Part shown: piece by piece, positions 19,186 through 28,332 of the stretch
Numbering within the stretch: the first letter of the stretch is position 1
How the letters are laid out: each line of letters begins with the position of its first letter
Source: Klebsiella phage KMI7
Reading direction: 5' to 3' (one strand)
DNA: 64,000 nt
Sequence record: MN101221.1
Translations under genes and position numbers: made by a program
Notes under the pieces: model-generated
Database searches by the model: none
Told to the model about the DNA's origin: nothing
The model's input: the letters and a program-made list of their open reading frames with translations, nothing else

Positions 19186-20860
19186 AACATTGACTTATCA
19201 AAATATCTTGTCGGTTGGTAACGTACCGATCGTCATTGATTTTGATTCAGCAAAGAAAACCCTCATTACGGGTAAAAACGGCGGTGGTAAATCCACCATG
19301 ATCGAAGCGCTTACATATGCTCTCTTTGGTAAGTCATTTCGCGATCTGAAAGTCGGACAACTGGTGAACAGTATCAACAAGAAAAAATGTCTGGTTGAAC
19401 TGTTGATCGAATACGGTAATGATGAATATAAAATCATCCGTGGACAAAAGCCGAAAGTATTTGAGATCTGGAAGAATGGCGAAAAACTGCCGGAAGATTC
19501 AGCCGCTGGTGATTATCAGTCACAGCTTGAATCAATGTTGAATATTAATCTGGTGGGCTTTAAACAGGTTATCGTTCTGGGTACTGCTGGTTATGTACCT
19601 TTCATGGAACTGAAAACACCAGATCGCCGTAAACTGGTTGAAGATTTGTTGTCTTTGTCTATCATCAGTGAAATGGACAAACTGAACAAATCATACATCC
19701 GTGGTGTTAACCGCGAACTGGATACGCTTTCAATGCAGATTGGACACGTACAACAGCAGATCGCAACACATCAAAAGTTCATTGACGAACAACGGGCAAA
19801 AGCAAATCAGAATACGGCGCGTTACCAGGATATCTACGATTCCCACGTAGAAACAGCAAAACAGATTAAAGCGCAATTAGTTGAACTTCAAACCCAGATC
19901 GCAGAATGTGTGATCAATGGTGAAGACCAAACAGCAAATATTCAAAAACTGCGTGATGGCTATACACGCCTCTCAATGAACGTAGAACAGTTGCAGCGTC
20001 TTGAGGTGATGTATCGCAAGGGTGGTGAATGTCCGGCCTGTAAACAGCCAATTAGCCCCACTCCTGAACGCATGGAAGAGATTGCCGAGAATATTAAAAA
20101 CGGTACTCAGAAACTTACGCTGATTAAGAACAAGCAAGATCAGCTACAGAAAATCATGGATGATTTACTAACACAACAACGTACACTAAATGGGCTGAAA
20201 TCCAAATACGAATCACTACGCGGTACACTTCAAAACGAAGTTGCAGCGGCTAAACGTGTTCGGGCTGTCATGGATAAAGCACAGGAAGACGTGGTGATCG
20301 ACGAATCCCCAGTTGAAAAACTCCGTGAAGATGAAAAGGAACTTGATTCTAAACGTTCTGGATTTGTCAAGGAAAAATATTTCAGAGGTATTGTTACGGA
20401 TCTGCTGAAAGATTCCGGCGTTAAAGCGAGCATCGTTAAACGTTATATTCCTTACTTCAATAAACAGATTGCGTACTATCTGGATCTGTTGGGTGCTGAT
20501 TATCAGTTCACTCTGGATGATGAATTTAACGAATCGATTAAATCGCTGGGTCGTAATGATTTTAGTTACGCATCGTTCAGTCAAGGAGAAAGAGCACGTA
20601 TCAACCTTGCTTTACTTTTCACCTGGCGCGATGTAACCAGTAAAATTTCTGGTGTTGATTTATCCCTTCTGATCCTGGATGAAGTGTACGATGGTGCAAT
20701 TGATCGTGATGGTAGTTTTGCTGTAAAAGCACTATTGGATGGGATAAATGGTAACGTAATTGTTATCAGTCATCAGGATTTGGATCCGGAAGATTTCGAC
20801 CGACATATTGTTATGTCAAAAGTCGGTCGATTCTCTAAAATGGAAGTTAAGAAGTCTTAA
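19166..20860 (+). CDS. 46: recombination endonuclease subunit gp46 (Rad50/SbcC-like ATPase)
   Basis: 564 aa (T4 gp46 is 560 aa). Walker A GKNGGGKST, CxxC zinc hook CPACKQP, signature/Walker B LLILDEVYD. Confidence 0.9.
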   Translation: MMKLKFKTLTYQNILSVGNVPIVIDFDSAKKTLITGKNGGGKSTMIEALTYALFGKSFRDLKVGQLVNSINKKKCLVELLIEYGNDEYKIIRGQKPKVFEIWKNGEKLPEDSAAGDYQSQLESMLNINLVGFKQVIVLGTAGYVPFMELKTPDRRKLVEDLLSLSIISEMDKLNKSYIRGVNRELDTLSMQIGHVQQQIATHQKFIDEQRAKANQNTARYQDIYDSHVETAKQIKAQLVELQTQIAECVINGEDQTANIQKLRDGYTRLSMNVEQLQRLEVMYRKGGECPACKQPISPTPERMEEIAENIKNGTQKLTLIKNKQDQLQKIMDDLLTQQRTLNGLKSKYESLRGTLQNEVAAAKRVRAVMDKAQEDVVIDESPVEKLREDEKELDSKRSGFVKEKYFRGIVTDLLKDSGVKASIVKRYIPYFNKQIAYYLDLLGADYQFTLDDEFNESIKSLGRNDFSYASFSQGERARINLALLFTWRDVTSKISGVDLSLLILDEVYDGAIDRDGSFAVKALLDGINGNVIVISHQDLDPEDFDRHIVMSKVGRFSKMEVKKS

Positions 20861-21572
20861 ACTTGCAGTTATCAAAATGCCAGCGATTCATATTGCTGGC
20901 ATCACCAGATTTATTGCAATATGGACAAATCAACTGCTTCCTTTTTGCTGGCGTCTTTCTATTTGGGTTATTTCTGCAATACGGTATATGTGAACGCAGA
21001 TAATGTAATGACGATTCTGTTCCGCAATATGGACAATTGCCCCGTTCTTTAGGTACGTTTCCGTTCTTATGGGAACACGGGATACCCTCGAACTTATGTT
21101 TCAACCCTTCATTACCTGGTTTCAGTTTGCAGTTGTCGAAGTGCCAACGAGTCATATTTCCAATTATACCTGATTTTCCGCAATGAGGACACACAACCCT
21201 TTCTTGTTGCTTTTTGGCTTTACTCATTCGCTGTCTGGTTTCTTCGGTGAACTCTCTATTCCTATGTGCTTCTGACGCTTTTTTCTTTAACCATTCATAG
21301 CGGCGGTTAGCTGTTCTTTCCTTTGATCTATTGGAACCAACTGTTAACATATGCGCTGCAAAAACAAGTTTGTTATTTCCTGGGTACATCTTGACTAATA
21401 ACAGATGCGCAATATAATGTTGACGCGCTGTAAGATTAACCAAATTATCATCAGAATCTGTTCCACCTATGCACTTAGGTATGATATGGTGTGATTCTGT
21501 ATATCCATCATACTGCGTTTGTTTAGCATGTTCTATGATAGAGTTATAAATTTTGTTATAGTTCATAAACAT
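20847..21572 (-). mobile_element. freestanding HNH homing endonuclease with three C-terminal zinc-ribbon repeats
   Basis: 241 aa. HNH motif HHIIPKCIGGTDSDDNLVNLTARQHYIAH. Three repeats: CPHCGKSG...WHFDNCK, CPYCGTESS...HIPYCRNN, CPYCNKSG...WHFDNCK. Its 3' end overlaps the gene 46 stop by 14 nt on the opposite strand. Confidence 0.8.
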
Positions 21573-21622
21573 ATCTCTTGTTTGATGGGCCGTTAGATAC
21601 CCCTATTTAAGAGGATGAAATT

Positions 21623-21817
21623 ATGTTATTAGAAAAATCTTTTGAATTAGAAACCGCTCTGGAAATAGAGCGGTTTTATCTCCACAACAATTTTCTTGAA
21701 GAAAAACATATAGTTACTATGAAAGATGTTGAGGAAGCATTCAAAAATAATCCTATAGAGTTGACGCGAATCAAGAACAACAAAAGTTCTGTTTGGTTCC
21801 TCGAAAAAATCTATTGA
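21623..21817 (+). CDS. hypothetical small protein
   Basis: 64-aa ORF followed by terminator-like hairpin 21843-21876. Confidence 0.3.
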   Translation: MLLEKSFELETALEIERFYLHNNFLEEKHIVTMKDVEEAFKNNPIELTRIKNNKSSVWFLEKIY

Positions 21818-21890
21818 CCGAAATCCATAAATACAGTAAAGTAGCCCATGTAACGAAACGTGGGCTTTGTTTTTATTTGAGGAACAATAA

Positions 21891-22127
21891 ATGATCACCG
21901 AATCCAAAATGACTTATCAGGAAGCACTGAAAGTTTTGGGCGCAACTGGTAGCGAAACCAGCGCCGAAATGTCCAGACTCTTCAAACGTGCATCCTTACG
22001 CAATCACCCCGACCGTGGTGGTAGCAATGAATTAATGCAGAAAATTAACCAGGCTTACGACGTCGTTACAAAAACTGGGCCTAGTGGCGCACGTTCTGAG
22101 ACTGCTGGTGACGTTCGCGCACGTTAG
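21891..22127 (+). CDS. J-domain (DnaJ-like) protein
   Basis: 78 aa. YQEALKVLG...LFKRASLRNHPDRGGSNELMQKINQAYDVV is a canonical J-domain helix II-loop-helix III with an HPD motif. SD-like GAGGAACAATAAATG upstream. Confidence 0.7.
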   Translation: MITESKMTYQEALKVLGATGSETSAEMSRLFKRASLRNHPDRGGSNELMQKINQAYDVVTKTGPSGARSETAGDVRAR

Positions 22128-22185
22128 CGGAAACGATATCTTTGTTGAAGTTGGTACACTGAAAGTTCGTTTCTATCGTCACGTG

Positions 22186-22575
22186 TTCATGCGCAAAGGT
22201 GCTTATGTGTTTAGCGCGGTGTATGATCCTGCTGTATCTAAGTATCGTCCGGCTGCACAACTTCGCGGAACCATGTTCGAAGACGAAGACGGCGCTTGCC
22301 TGGATATGATCGTTGATACGTTCAAAGAGTTGCAGAAACTGAAACCGAGTGTTCAAGGCGTTGTGAACGCGATCGATAAGATGAACGCAGAGTTTGCAGC
22401 GGGACATCGTTCAGCATCTTTTGTTAAACGTGTAGCTGCTCAGGAAGCCGCGCCGAAGCCAGAAGAGAAGCCAAAACGCACTGTTAATCGTATCGGTAAA
22501 GAGGCACTGGAAGAACGATATTCCAACATCACGGGGATCTTTTCCCCGTCCTTGACGTTGTTAATGATATCCTGA
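22186..22575 (+). CDS. hypothetical protein (ORF track 22084-22575 starts with GTG; first ATG at 22186)
   Basis: The +1 frame opens 44 nt before the J-domain gene stop. This could be an independent gene from ATG 22186 or a frameshifted continuation of the J-domain protein. Confidence 0.35.
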   Translation, partial: FMRKGAYVFSAVYDPAVSKYRPAAQLRGTMFEDEDGACLDMIVDTFKELQKLKPSVQGVVNAIDKMNAEFAAGHRSASFVKRVAAQEAAPKPEEKPKRTVNRIGKEALEERYSNITGIFSPSLTLLMIS

Positions 22576-22715
22576 TCGATGAGTTCAATCAGGTCTCTTT
22601 TCTCCTTGATCAAGGTAGAAATTTCTTCTTGCAGCGGGGCTATCTGTGCATGAAGTTCTTTGATCCGTTGATCAATTACGGTCACTTCGAACGCTAAGTT
22701 TCTCATTGTACCCAT
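22440..22715 (-). CDS. hypothetical coiled-coil protein
   Basis: 91-aa ORF with heptad-like KELHAQIAPLQEEISTLIKEKRDLIELI. Overlaps the 3' end of the plus ORF. Confidence 0.35.
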   Translation of the reverse strand: MGTMRNLAFEVTVIDQRIKELHAQIAPLQEEISTLIKEKRDLIELIDQDIINNVKDGEKIPVMLEYRSSSASLPIRLTVRFGFSSGFGAAS

Positions 22716-22849
22716 TCCCCGTTTTTATCAATGTACATGATCCAATCAGCAACCGCCCAATGGGAAGTATTGCCTTTCGGAGTAGCTACGATGTAGGAAC
22801 CAGCTTTAAACAGTACGCGTTTAGTTTCGTTCAGGGTCAGGTCGCTCAT
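22703..22849 (-). CDS. hypothetical small protein
   Basis: Start at 22849 is preceded by the conserved TIR GAGGAATACATTATG (ORF track start is 22909). Confidence 0.35.
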   Translation of the reverse strand: MSDLTLNETKRVLFKAGSYIVATPKGNTSHWAVADWIMYIDKNGEWVQ

Positions 22850-22859
22850 AATGTATTCC

Positions 22860-23255
22860 TCATTTAACCAAAGTGAATCGTGATTCATAAGCATCGTTCG
22901 GGCGCTCATACACGGTATCCGAACTTGTAATGACAGTGTACACGGTTTCTTTCACAAGATCCATGATTTTCTGTGATTCTCCCCAGACATTGATACTAAA
23001 ATAAATCCCATTTTTAGGAATAGGATTGTATTCCATATCATAATACATATCCATGAGTTCACAAATGAACAGGCGGCGCTGTTCGTTATCATATGTGAAA
23101 TAAATGTTAAAACAATCGAGAGATTTACTCAAAGTAATCTCTTTGATAACGATGTTGTCTTGTTTGCTAAAATGATCGCGGATTGCTTGCACACAACGCA
23201 ACAGGTTAGGGTAATCATATTTTTGTGAAACAATGACTTGATGTGAAACGCTCAT
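22860..23255 (-). CDS. hypothetical protein
   Basis: 131 aa; TIR TTGAGAGGAATACATTATG. Confidence 0.5.
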   Translation of the reverse strand: MSVSHQVIVSQKYDYPNLLRCVQAIRDHFSKQDNIVIKEITLSKSLDCFNIYFTYDNEQRRLFICELMDMYYDMEYNPIPKNGIYFSINVWGESQKIMDLVKETVYTVITSSDTVYERPNDAYESRFTLVK

Positions 23256-23322
23256 AATGTATTCCTCTCAATTAGATACACTCATAATAAAAAAGCCCCC
23301 GACCGAAGTCAAGGGCTTTTTG

Positions 23323-23964
23323 TCAAATGATTTGTTTTTCTTCTAACAGCTTCGCGGTTGTATTAACCATACGAGCATAATCACGGGCTTCTTTCTTTGT
23401 ATACTTGAAACCAGCGTTATAGCTCGCAAGCGCCTTTTTCAAGTCGCCTTTGTGGTAATCAAGCCAGTACTCCAGTTCATAGATCGCATACTTCGATCCA
23501 CCTTGAAGAGTTTCGAGCTTTTTGATTACTACGCGTTTAGGATATGACTTATCCATTCGTGCGCTGGCGCTCCTTGCGGTAACTTGCCAGCATCCATAAG
23601 CGTGATGGCCTTTTTTACCTTTACCGACATTCTCACATGCGCGAGACTCAATCCAGGCAATAGCCGCTAAATGATAGCCTAAACGTTTAGCCTTATCTTT
23701 TTCTACAGGTTTTGCAGTCTTCAAATCATAGTTGTGTCCAACTCGATAAGCATACTCCAAAACCTCTTTCTGCTTCGGTGTGATATTATCCAAATCCTTG
23801 ATGTAGGATGGAGAATTTTTGTTTGCCGGAGGCTTTACAGTAGCCTTTTGTAAAGGCAATTGATGAGTAGGCAAATCCGCAATGAAATCCCCTAGCGGAT
23901 CCGTCGCAGCGTTGCCAGAAAAAGAGCACAAGAAAATGCTGGCAGCAATAATAATTTTCTTCAT
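23323..23964 (-). CDS. secreted lytic transglycosylase (SLT domain)
   Basis: Signal peptide MKKIIIAASIFLCSFSGNAA; SLT catalytic motif AIAWIESR. Likely start is MKK at 23964 (ORF track start is 24003). Confidence 0.7.
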   Translation of the reverse strand: MKKIIIAASIFLCSFSGNAATDPLGDFIADLPTHQLPLQKATVKPPANKNSPSYIKDLDNITPKQKEVLEYAYRVGHNYDLKTAKPVEKDKAKRLGYHLAAIAWIESRACENVGKGKKGHHAYGCWQVTARSASARMDKSYPKRVVIKKLETLQGGSKYAIYELEYWLDYHKGDLKKALASYNAGFKYTKKEARDYARMVNTTAKLLEEKQII

Positions 23965-24028
23965 TTTAATACCTATGTTGCAAAAAGAGGGGCAATAATA
24001 CACCCCACTTTATATTTATGCAACTATT

Positions 24029-24583
24029 TTAGATAGTTTTCGCGTCACGTAGTTTATCGTTGATAAACTCAGCAATGTTATAATTTGAAATAGCCTTGTT
24101 AGGATCGTATAGTGCAACAATTTCATCTAATGATACCATAACGGCATGTTTAAAATAGACACTCCAGCTAGTAGTAAAGATTTCTCTGTTGTCAAATCCA
24201 CAATCAGGGCTGAACAATGCGCGGTATTTGTACCCACTGTATTTCGTCAGACGATTCGTGCTGTGTGCATCACTGGTGATCAGAAATTTTCCCTGGTGAG
24301 TTTGAATGACGAAAAAGTATCCGAGGCGTTCTTTGTTGTCCAGCATCTTTTCAAACTTGCGATCGGTTTCTTCGCGAAAAATACGAGAAGTCAGCATTTC
24401 CAACACTTTATCGTATTCGGGCCAATCATTCTCGATCACGATCGCATCAAATGGTTTCTTACCATTAATCCCGCGCCCGATTTCGATTTTCGTGCAAATT
24501 TCGTTGAACGTTTTCAAATCTTCTGGCGTCAGTTCTTTAAGATCGCTCAATTTTGCTACATAATAACGTTTTTCTAGTTTCAT
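24029..24583 (-). CDS. hypothetical protein
   Basis: 184-aa ORF. Confidence 0.5.
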   Translation of the reverse strand: MKLEKRYYVAKLSDLKELTPEDLKTFNEICTKIEIGRGINGKKPFDAIVIENDWPEYDKVLEMLTSRIFREETDRKFEKMLDNKERLGYFFVIQTHQGKFLITSDAHSTNRLTKYSGYKYRALFSPDCGFDNREIFTTSWSVYFKHAVMVSLDEIVALYDPNKAISNYNIAEFINDKLRDAKTI

Positions 24584-24594
24584 TTATAGAAACC

Positions 24595-24798
24595 TCAATT
24601 CAAAAATAATTTCACAGAGTTACCACATTTGGGACATGTGATAAATTTTTTCACGACATAATCAGCAGCAGAGAAAAATCCATTGTAAATCGATTCTCTC
24701 TTTTGCTGTATATCAGATAGTTCATATTCTAACCCACTTTTACAGCAACTGCAAACAGTAATTAGTTTTGGGCTATGGATAACAGTAATCATATACAC
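24595..24798 (-). CDS. small zinc-ribbon protein
   Basis: 67 aa with CSCC...CPKCG cysteine pairs. Confidence 0.4.
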   Translation of the reverse strand: MYMITVIHSPKLITVCSCCKSGLEYELSDIQQKRESIYNGFFSAADYVVKKFITCPKCGNSVKLFLN

Positions 24799-24828
24799 CT
24801 CACAAAAAGGGGGCTTTCGCCCCCATCA

Positions 24829-26172
24829 TTAGAAATTGTCTTCGACAAACGCCGCGAGACGGGAACGATACACTGTATCAAGAATGATATGGCTTGAGTG
24901 TTCGTATTCTTTCAGCTTTTCAACAGCCCATACAAACCCGTTGTTAACGGCAGTGTTTCGAGGGTTGTCGATCTGCTTAATGTTCCCGCATAGTATCAGA
25001 AGTGTGTTCTCTCCGCAACGAGAAATGATAGATTTAATTTCGTGGTTGCTAAGGTTTTGACATTCATCAACAATCAGCACAGAACCTTTGCCCGGATCCG
25101 GATGTCCGATACTGCGACCACGGAAGTAATACAGGCTAGGGAATTGCACCACCCCTTTTTCAATCAAACCTTCAATGTATTTTTCAGATTCCGGATTATC
25201 CTTAAACAGAATATTCAGGCTAGTAATACAAGGTTCGATAGAAGGCCGGAGTTTTTCGCCCAATGTACCAGGAAGGAAGCCGATTTCACTTGATAACGGG
25301 CTATCTGACTTCACATACATCAAGTTAGCGTAATGTCCACTATTAACCAGGTGCATAGCACCGGAAACAGCAAGCATTGTTTTACCAGAACCAGCGCCGC
25401 CCATAATGGTAGCAACATCGATTTCATTGCTCATAATGGATTCGACAAAAGCCGCTTGCAGAGAATCACGGGGCTGAATAGCTTTCATGAGTTTGCGTTT
25501 CATAGCCTGTTCGTGCTTAACAGGTAAGACATTCAAGCAAATCTCATCAGCAGTCACCACACGCCCGACTAACTCACCATTTGAGGTAATGTACTGGTTA
25601 GGATAAAAATCTTCGTCAGGAAGCGAACTGTAAGTGATTTGGGCTACATTATCTGTATATCCCAACACTTCTACGGTATCCCAGAAATCAGGGATCTCTA
25701 CATAACCGGAATACAATACATCGCTATCTTTTAACGTATCGTCGCCAGTATACTGTTCTACCTTACACCCACGGGACATTGCGATCAGCAACATCATAAT
25801 ATCGCGAGTAACTAAGGTTGCATCCTGTTGCATACAAGTTTCAATGATTCGTTCGTCTTGCTTGTCAAGAGCAAACGTTTTGTTTCCGACATAATCAACC
25901 ACTTTAAGGGTGATAGTGTCAGACAGTGCTGGGTTTGTCAGGTTTAAAGGAATACCTGATTTCGTAATCGCATCATATGACTGACCGAAAATAACTTTTG
26001 ACAGAAGCCGGATCGCCAATCGTGCTTCGTGCGCTGTTCGTTCTTTCGTTTTCAGGTGATCTAATTCACCCATAGTAGCAGAGGTAATAATGATTTCTGT
26101 ACCAGGTTGAGTGAATGAATAGATTGAATAGGGGTTCGAGACTAAAACGTTAGTGTCTAAAACATATTTCAT
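24829..26172 (-). CDS. phoH: PIN-domain / PhoH-like ATPase fusion (PhoH2-type)
   Basis: N-terminal MKYVLDTNVLV PIN signature; C-terminal Walker A GGAGSGKT and Walker B LIVDECQN. Confidence 0.85.
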   Translation of the reverse strand: MKYVLDTNVLVSNPYSIYSFTQPGTEIIITSATMGELDHLKTKERTAHEARLAIRLLSKVIFGQSYDAITKSGIPLNLTNPALSDTITLKVVDYVGNKTFALDKQDERIIETCMQQDATLVTRDIMMLLIAMSRGCKVEQYTGDDTLKDSDVLYSGYVEIPDFWDTVEVLGYTDNVAQITYSSLPDEDFYPNQYITSNGELVGRVVTADEICLNVLPVKHEQAMKRKLMKAIQPRDSLQAAFVESIMSNEIDVATIMGGAGSGKTMLAVSGAMHLVNSGHYANLMYVKSDSPLSSEIGFLPGTLGEKLRPSIEPCITSLNILFKDNPESEKYIEGLIEKGVVQFPSLYYFRGRSIGHPDPGKGSVLIVDECQNLSNHEIKSIISRCGENTLLILCGNIKQIDNPRNTAVNNGFVWAVEKLKEYEHSSHIILDTVYRSRLAAFVEDNF

Positions 26173-26227
26173 AGAAAATTCCTGATTTGATTACGGGGTA
26201 CGCGGATTCGCACCCCGCGTACTGCAA

Positions 26228-26686
26228 TCACATACCCAGCGAAATTACGTGAATATATGCTAATGGGTGTCTCTTTTGTACACAATGCATGATTGTATTA
26301 TATACAATGTCCATGCGTTCATTGTGTGTGAGATCACACTCATCAAAAATAAGGTTTATTGCCTGGTGCTCTATTCGACGTCCACGGAAATGATTAAGAA
26401 TCGCCCCTTTACTGGTCAATACATCACATCCGGTAGCACCGTGTAGCCGTTTGGCTTCTTGTGCTGCATTTAACGTATGCGCTACGTAAATGTTAAGGGA
26501 ACTATGGGAACGTTTCATAAAATCAAACGCACCTTTAGTCTTTTGTGTTCTTCTACCCAGATCCAACCTGGTTTCAAATACCATAAAATCGTTAGGGCCG
26601 TAATTATGCGTTGGTTCTTCCAACTCTCGCATAAGATGCATCTTACGACATTCTTCAATTGTCTTTACATAAAATTCACTATTCAT
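26228..26686 (-). CDS. hypothetical protein
   Basis: 152-aa ORF; no motif recognised. Confidence 0.5.
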   Translation of the reverse strand: MNSEFYVKTIEECRKMHLMRELEEPTHNYGPNDFMVFETRLDLGRRTQKTKGAFDFMKRSHSSLNIYVAHTLNAAQEAKRLHGATGCDVLTSKGAILNHFRGRRIEHQAINLIFDECDLTHNERMDIVYNTIMHCVQKRHPLAYIHVISLGM

Positions 26687-26717
26687 GTTTTACCTTTAAG
26701 GGGCCAAAGCCCCTTTG

Positions 26718-27113
26718 TTACGCTAATTCCACATGCGGGGCATCAATGAATTTTGTTTCGATCGGAAGGTTCGGATCATTTTTCCAGTTGATACCAAAAC
26801 GCAGTTTAACACCCAGTTCATCACCTGCTTGTTTAACAGCATTCAGGACAGGCAACCACACTTTAGGGTTTGTTTGCCAGCCTTGAGGCAATACGCTAGG
26901 ATACAGATCCACAGCATCACCAGTGATGTGTTTTGAGTTCATTGTTTGAGATACACCCTTACGGACGTTCTCGCGCTGTTGTTCAACAGTACGCAGACCT
27001 TCACGTACACCAAAATCAACAGGAGACAGTTGCAGAGCACGTTCTACAACTTTCACCAGTTGAGGTTTAACACCTTTAAGGTTGTTAAGGCTTTTTTGAC
27101 TGAATTTAAACAT
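26718..27113 (-). CDS. peptidase M15-family (L-Ala-D-Glu / D-Ala-D-Ala-type) peptidoglycan hydrolase; candidate endolysin
   Basis: 131 aa. Zinc ligand pattern H-x6-D (SKHITGDAVDL) plus C-terminal DAPHVEL, as in VanY/T5-endolysin-like enzymes. Confidence 0.65.
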   Translation of the reverse strand: MFKFSQKSLNNLKGVKPQLVKVVERALQLSPVDFGVREGLRTVEQQRENVRKGVSQTMNSKHITGDAVDLYPSVLPQGWQTNPKVWLPVLNAVKQAGDELGVKLRFGINWKNDPNLPIETKFIDAPHVELA

Positions 27114-27180
27114 AAATCACCTCTTGTAAAAATACCCTGTTTGGGTACACAGGGTATTTATGGTTTAAGAGGTTCGATAA

Positions 27181-27582
27181 TTAATAATCGTAAAGATCAC
27201 CGAAGCATAATTCAAATTCACGTTTACGTTTCATCTGTTCTTCTTTTCTCTCTTTCATATCAGAAGGGAGACGATCTTCATTGACTTCATCAATGTACGC
27301 TTGTGCATCCTCTTTTGTTAGAAAGAATGCATGGAAGTTATATCTGTTACGCCCATTCATACTACGGTCGTCAAGAGAGAATTGAGTGTGACAGTCCCAG
27401 TCATCAAACAGGGTGATGCATTTTGCAAACAGCCCTATACCGCGATTCATATAAGGGAAGCCAGTAACAATCATCTTGTTACCCATTTCCGCTTTTTCAC
27501 CGTCCACGCAGAATACTTCATACATGATCGCACCTGGTTTAACATCTTTCTTAACAGCACGTTTTTCAAAAGCACTTTTCAT
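27181..27582 (-). CDS. hypothetical protein
   Basis: 133 aa; TIR TTGAGAGGAATATATTATG. Confidence 0.5.
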   Translation of the reverse strand: MKSAFEKRAVKKDVKPGAIMYEVFCVDGEKAEMGNKMIVTGFPYMNRGIGLFAKCITLFDDWDCHTQFSLDDRSMNGRNRYNFHAFFLTKEDAQAYIDEVNEDRLPSDMKERKEEQMKRKREFELCFGDLYDY

Positions 27583-27636
27583 AATATATTCCTCTCAATT
27601 GGTGTAACTACAGGTTACTTGTTTATTTTCTGGATG

Positions 27637-27960
27637 TCAACAAGGTTTATCGTTTTTTGACGGAAAAGTTAGAGTGAACAAACGATCGTGAAGGTTGTCT
27701 ATCCGTTCACAAGCCTGTTTCAGTATGGTTTTATCACCATCATTTGTTGTTTCAATGCATCCAAGTTCATCGGCGTCAATGTTCACTACATCGCTCATCA
27801 ATGAAGCAAACACGTTAGCATCAGGATGTAACAGTTCTTCGATTTCGGCCTTCATGCCGTCGTGTTCAGAAAGGATATCAATAATATCGCGGGTTAAGTC
27901 TCCCTGGTACGGGAACCCCGTTTCTAAATGATTAATGATCCTTTGTGCTTTCGTAATCAT
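27637..27960 (-). CDS. hypothetical acidic protein
   Basis: 107-aa ORF. Confidence 0.45.
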   Translation of the reverse strand: MITKAQRIINHLETGFPYQGDLTRDIIDILSEHDGMKAEIEELLHPDANVFASLMSDVVNIDADELGCIETTNDGDKTILKQACERIDNLHDRLFTLTFPSKNDKPC

Positions 27961-27973
27961 AATTTTACCTACA

Positions 27974-27994
27974 AAAAAGCCCCTTTCGGGGCTA
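27974..27994 (-). terminator. hairpin AAAAAAGCCCCTTTCGGGGCT (same core as 3023-3050)
   Basis: Perfect GC stem flanked by an A-run, giving a U-run on the minus transcript. Confidence 0.45.
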
Positions 27995-27999
27995 GTTAA

Positions 28000-28263
28000 T
28001 TAAAGTTCACAGCAACGGCACACACCGTATTTTGTAAATGGAGCATCACCGCTAACATAGGCCCAGAAATCACATGCTTCTTCGGCAGTATCGAAGATTG
28101 CAGCATCATAGAACCCGTGGGCTTCGTTACCGTTCTCATCGATGAAAACCGGAGTCCAGATATTAGGATTGAAGCAATCGTCAACAACAACCCAACCTTC
28201 TTTAGCTTTCATTGCTTCTTTGTTGGCTTCGATGTGAGCTAAGATTTCGTTCATGATGTCCAT
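28000..28263 (-). CDS. hypothetical protein
   Basis: 87 aa; preceded by the CGAAACGAAAC leader motif. Confidence 0.5.
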   Translation of the reverse strand: MDIMNEILAHIEANKEAMKAKEGWVVVDDCFNPNIWTPVFIDENGNEAHGFYDAAIFDTAEEACDFWAYVSGDAPFTKYGVCRCCEL

Positions 28264-28332
28264 TTTTCTCTCCTAAAGTGCGTTTCGTTTCGACAGGGCT
28301 ATAGTCTCATAACCCCGTATCTACGTCAACAC

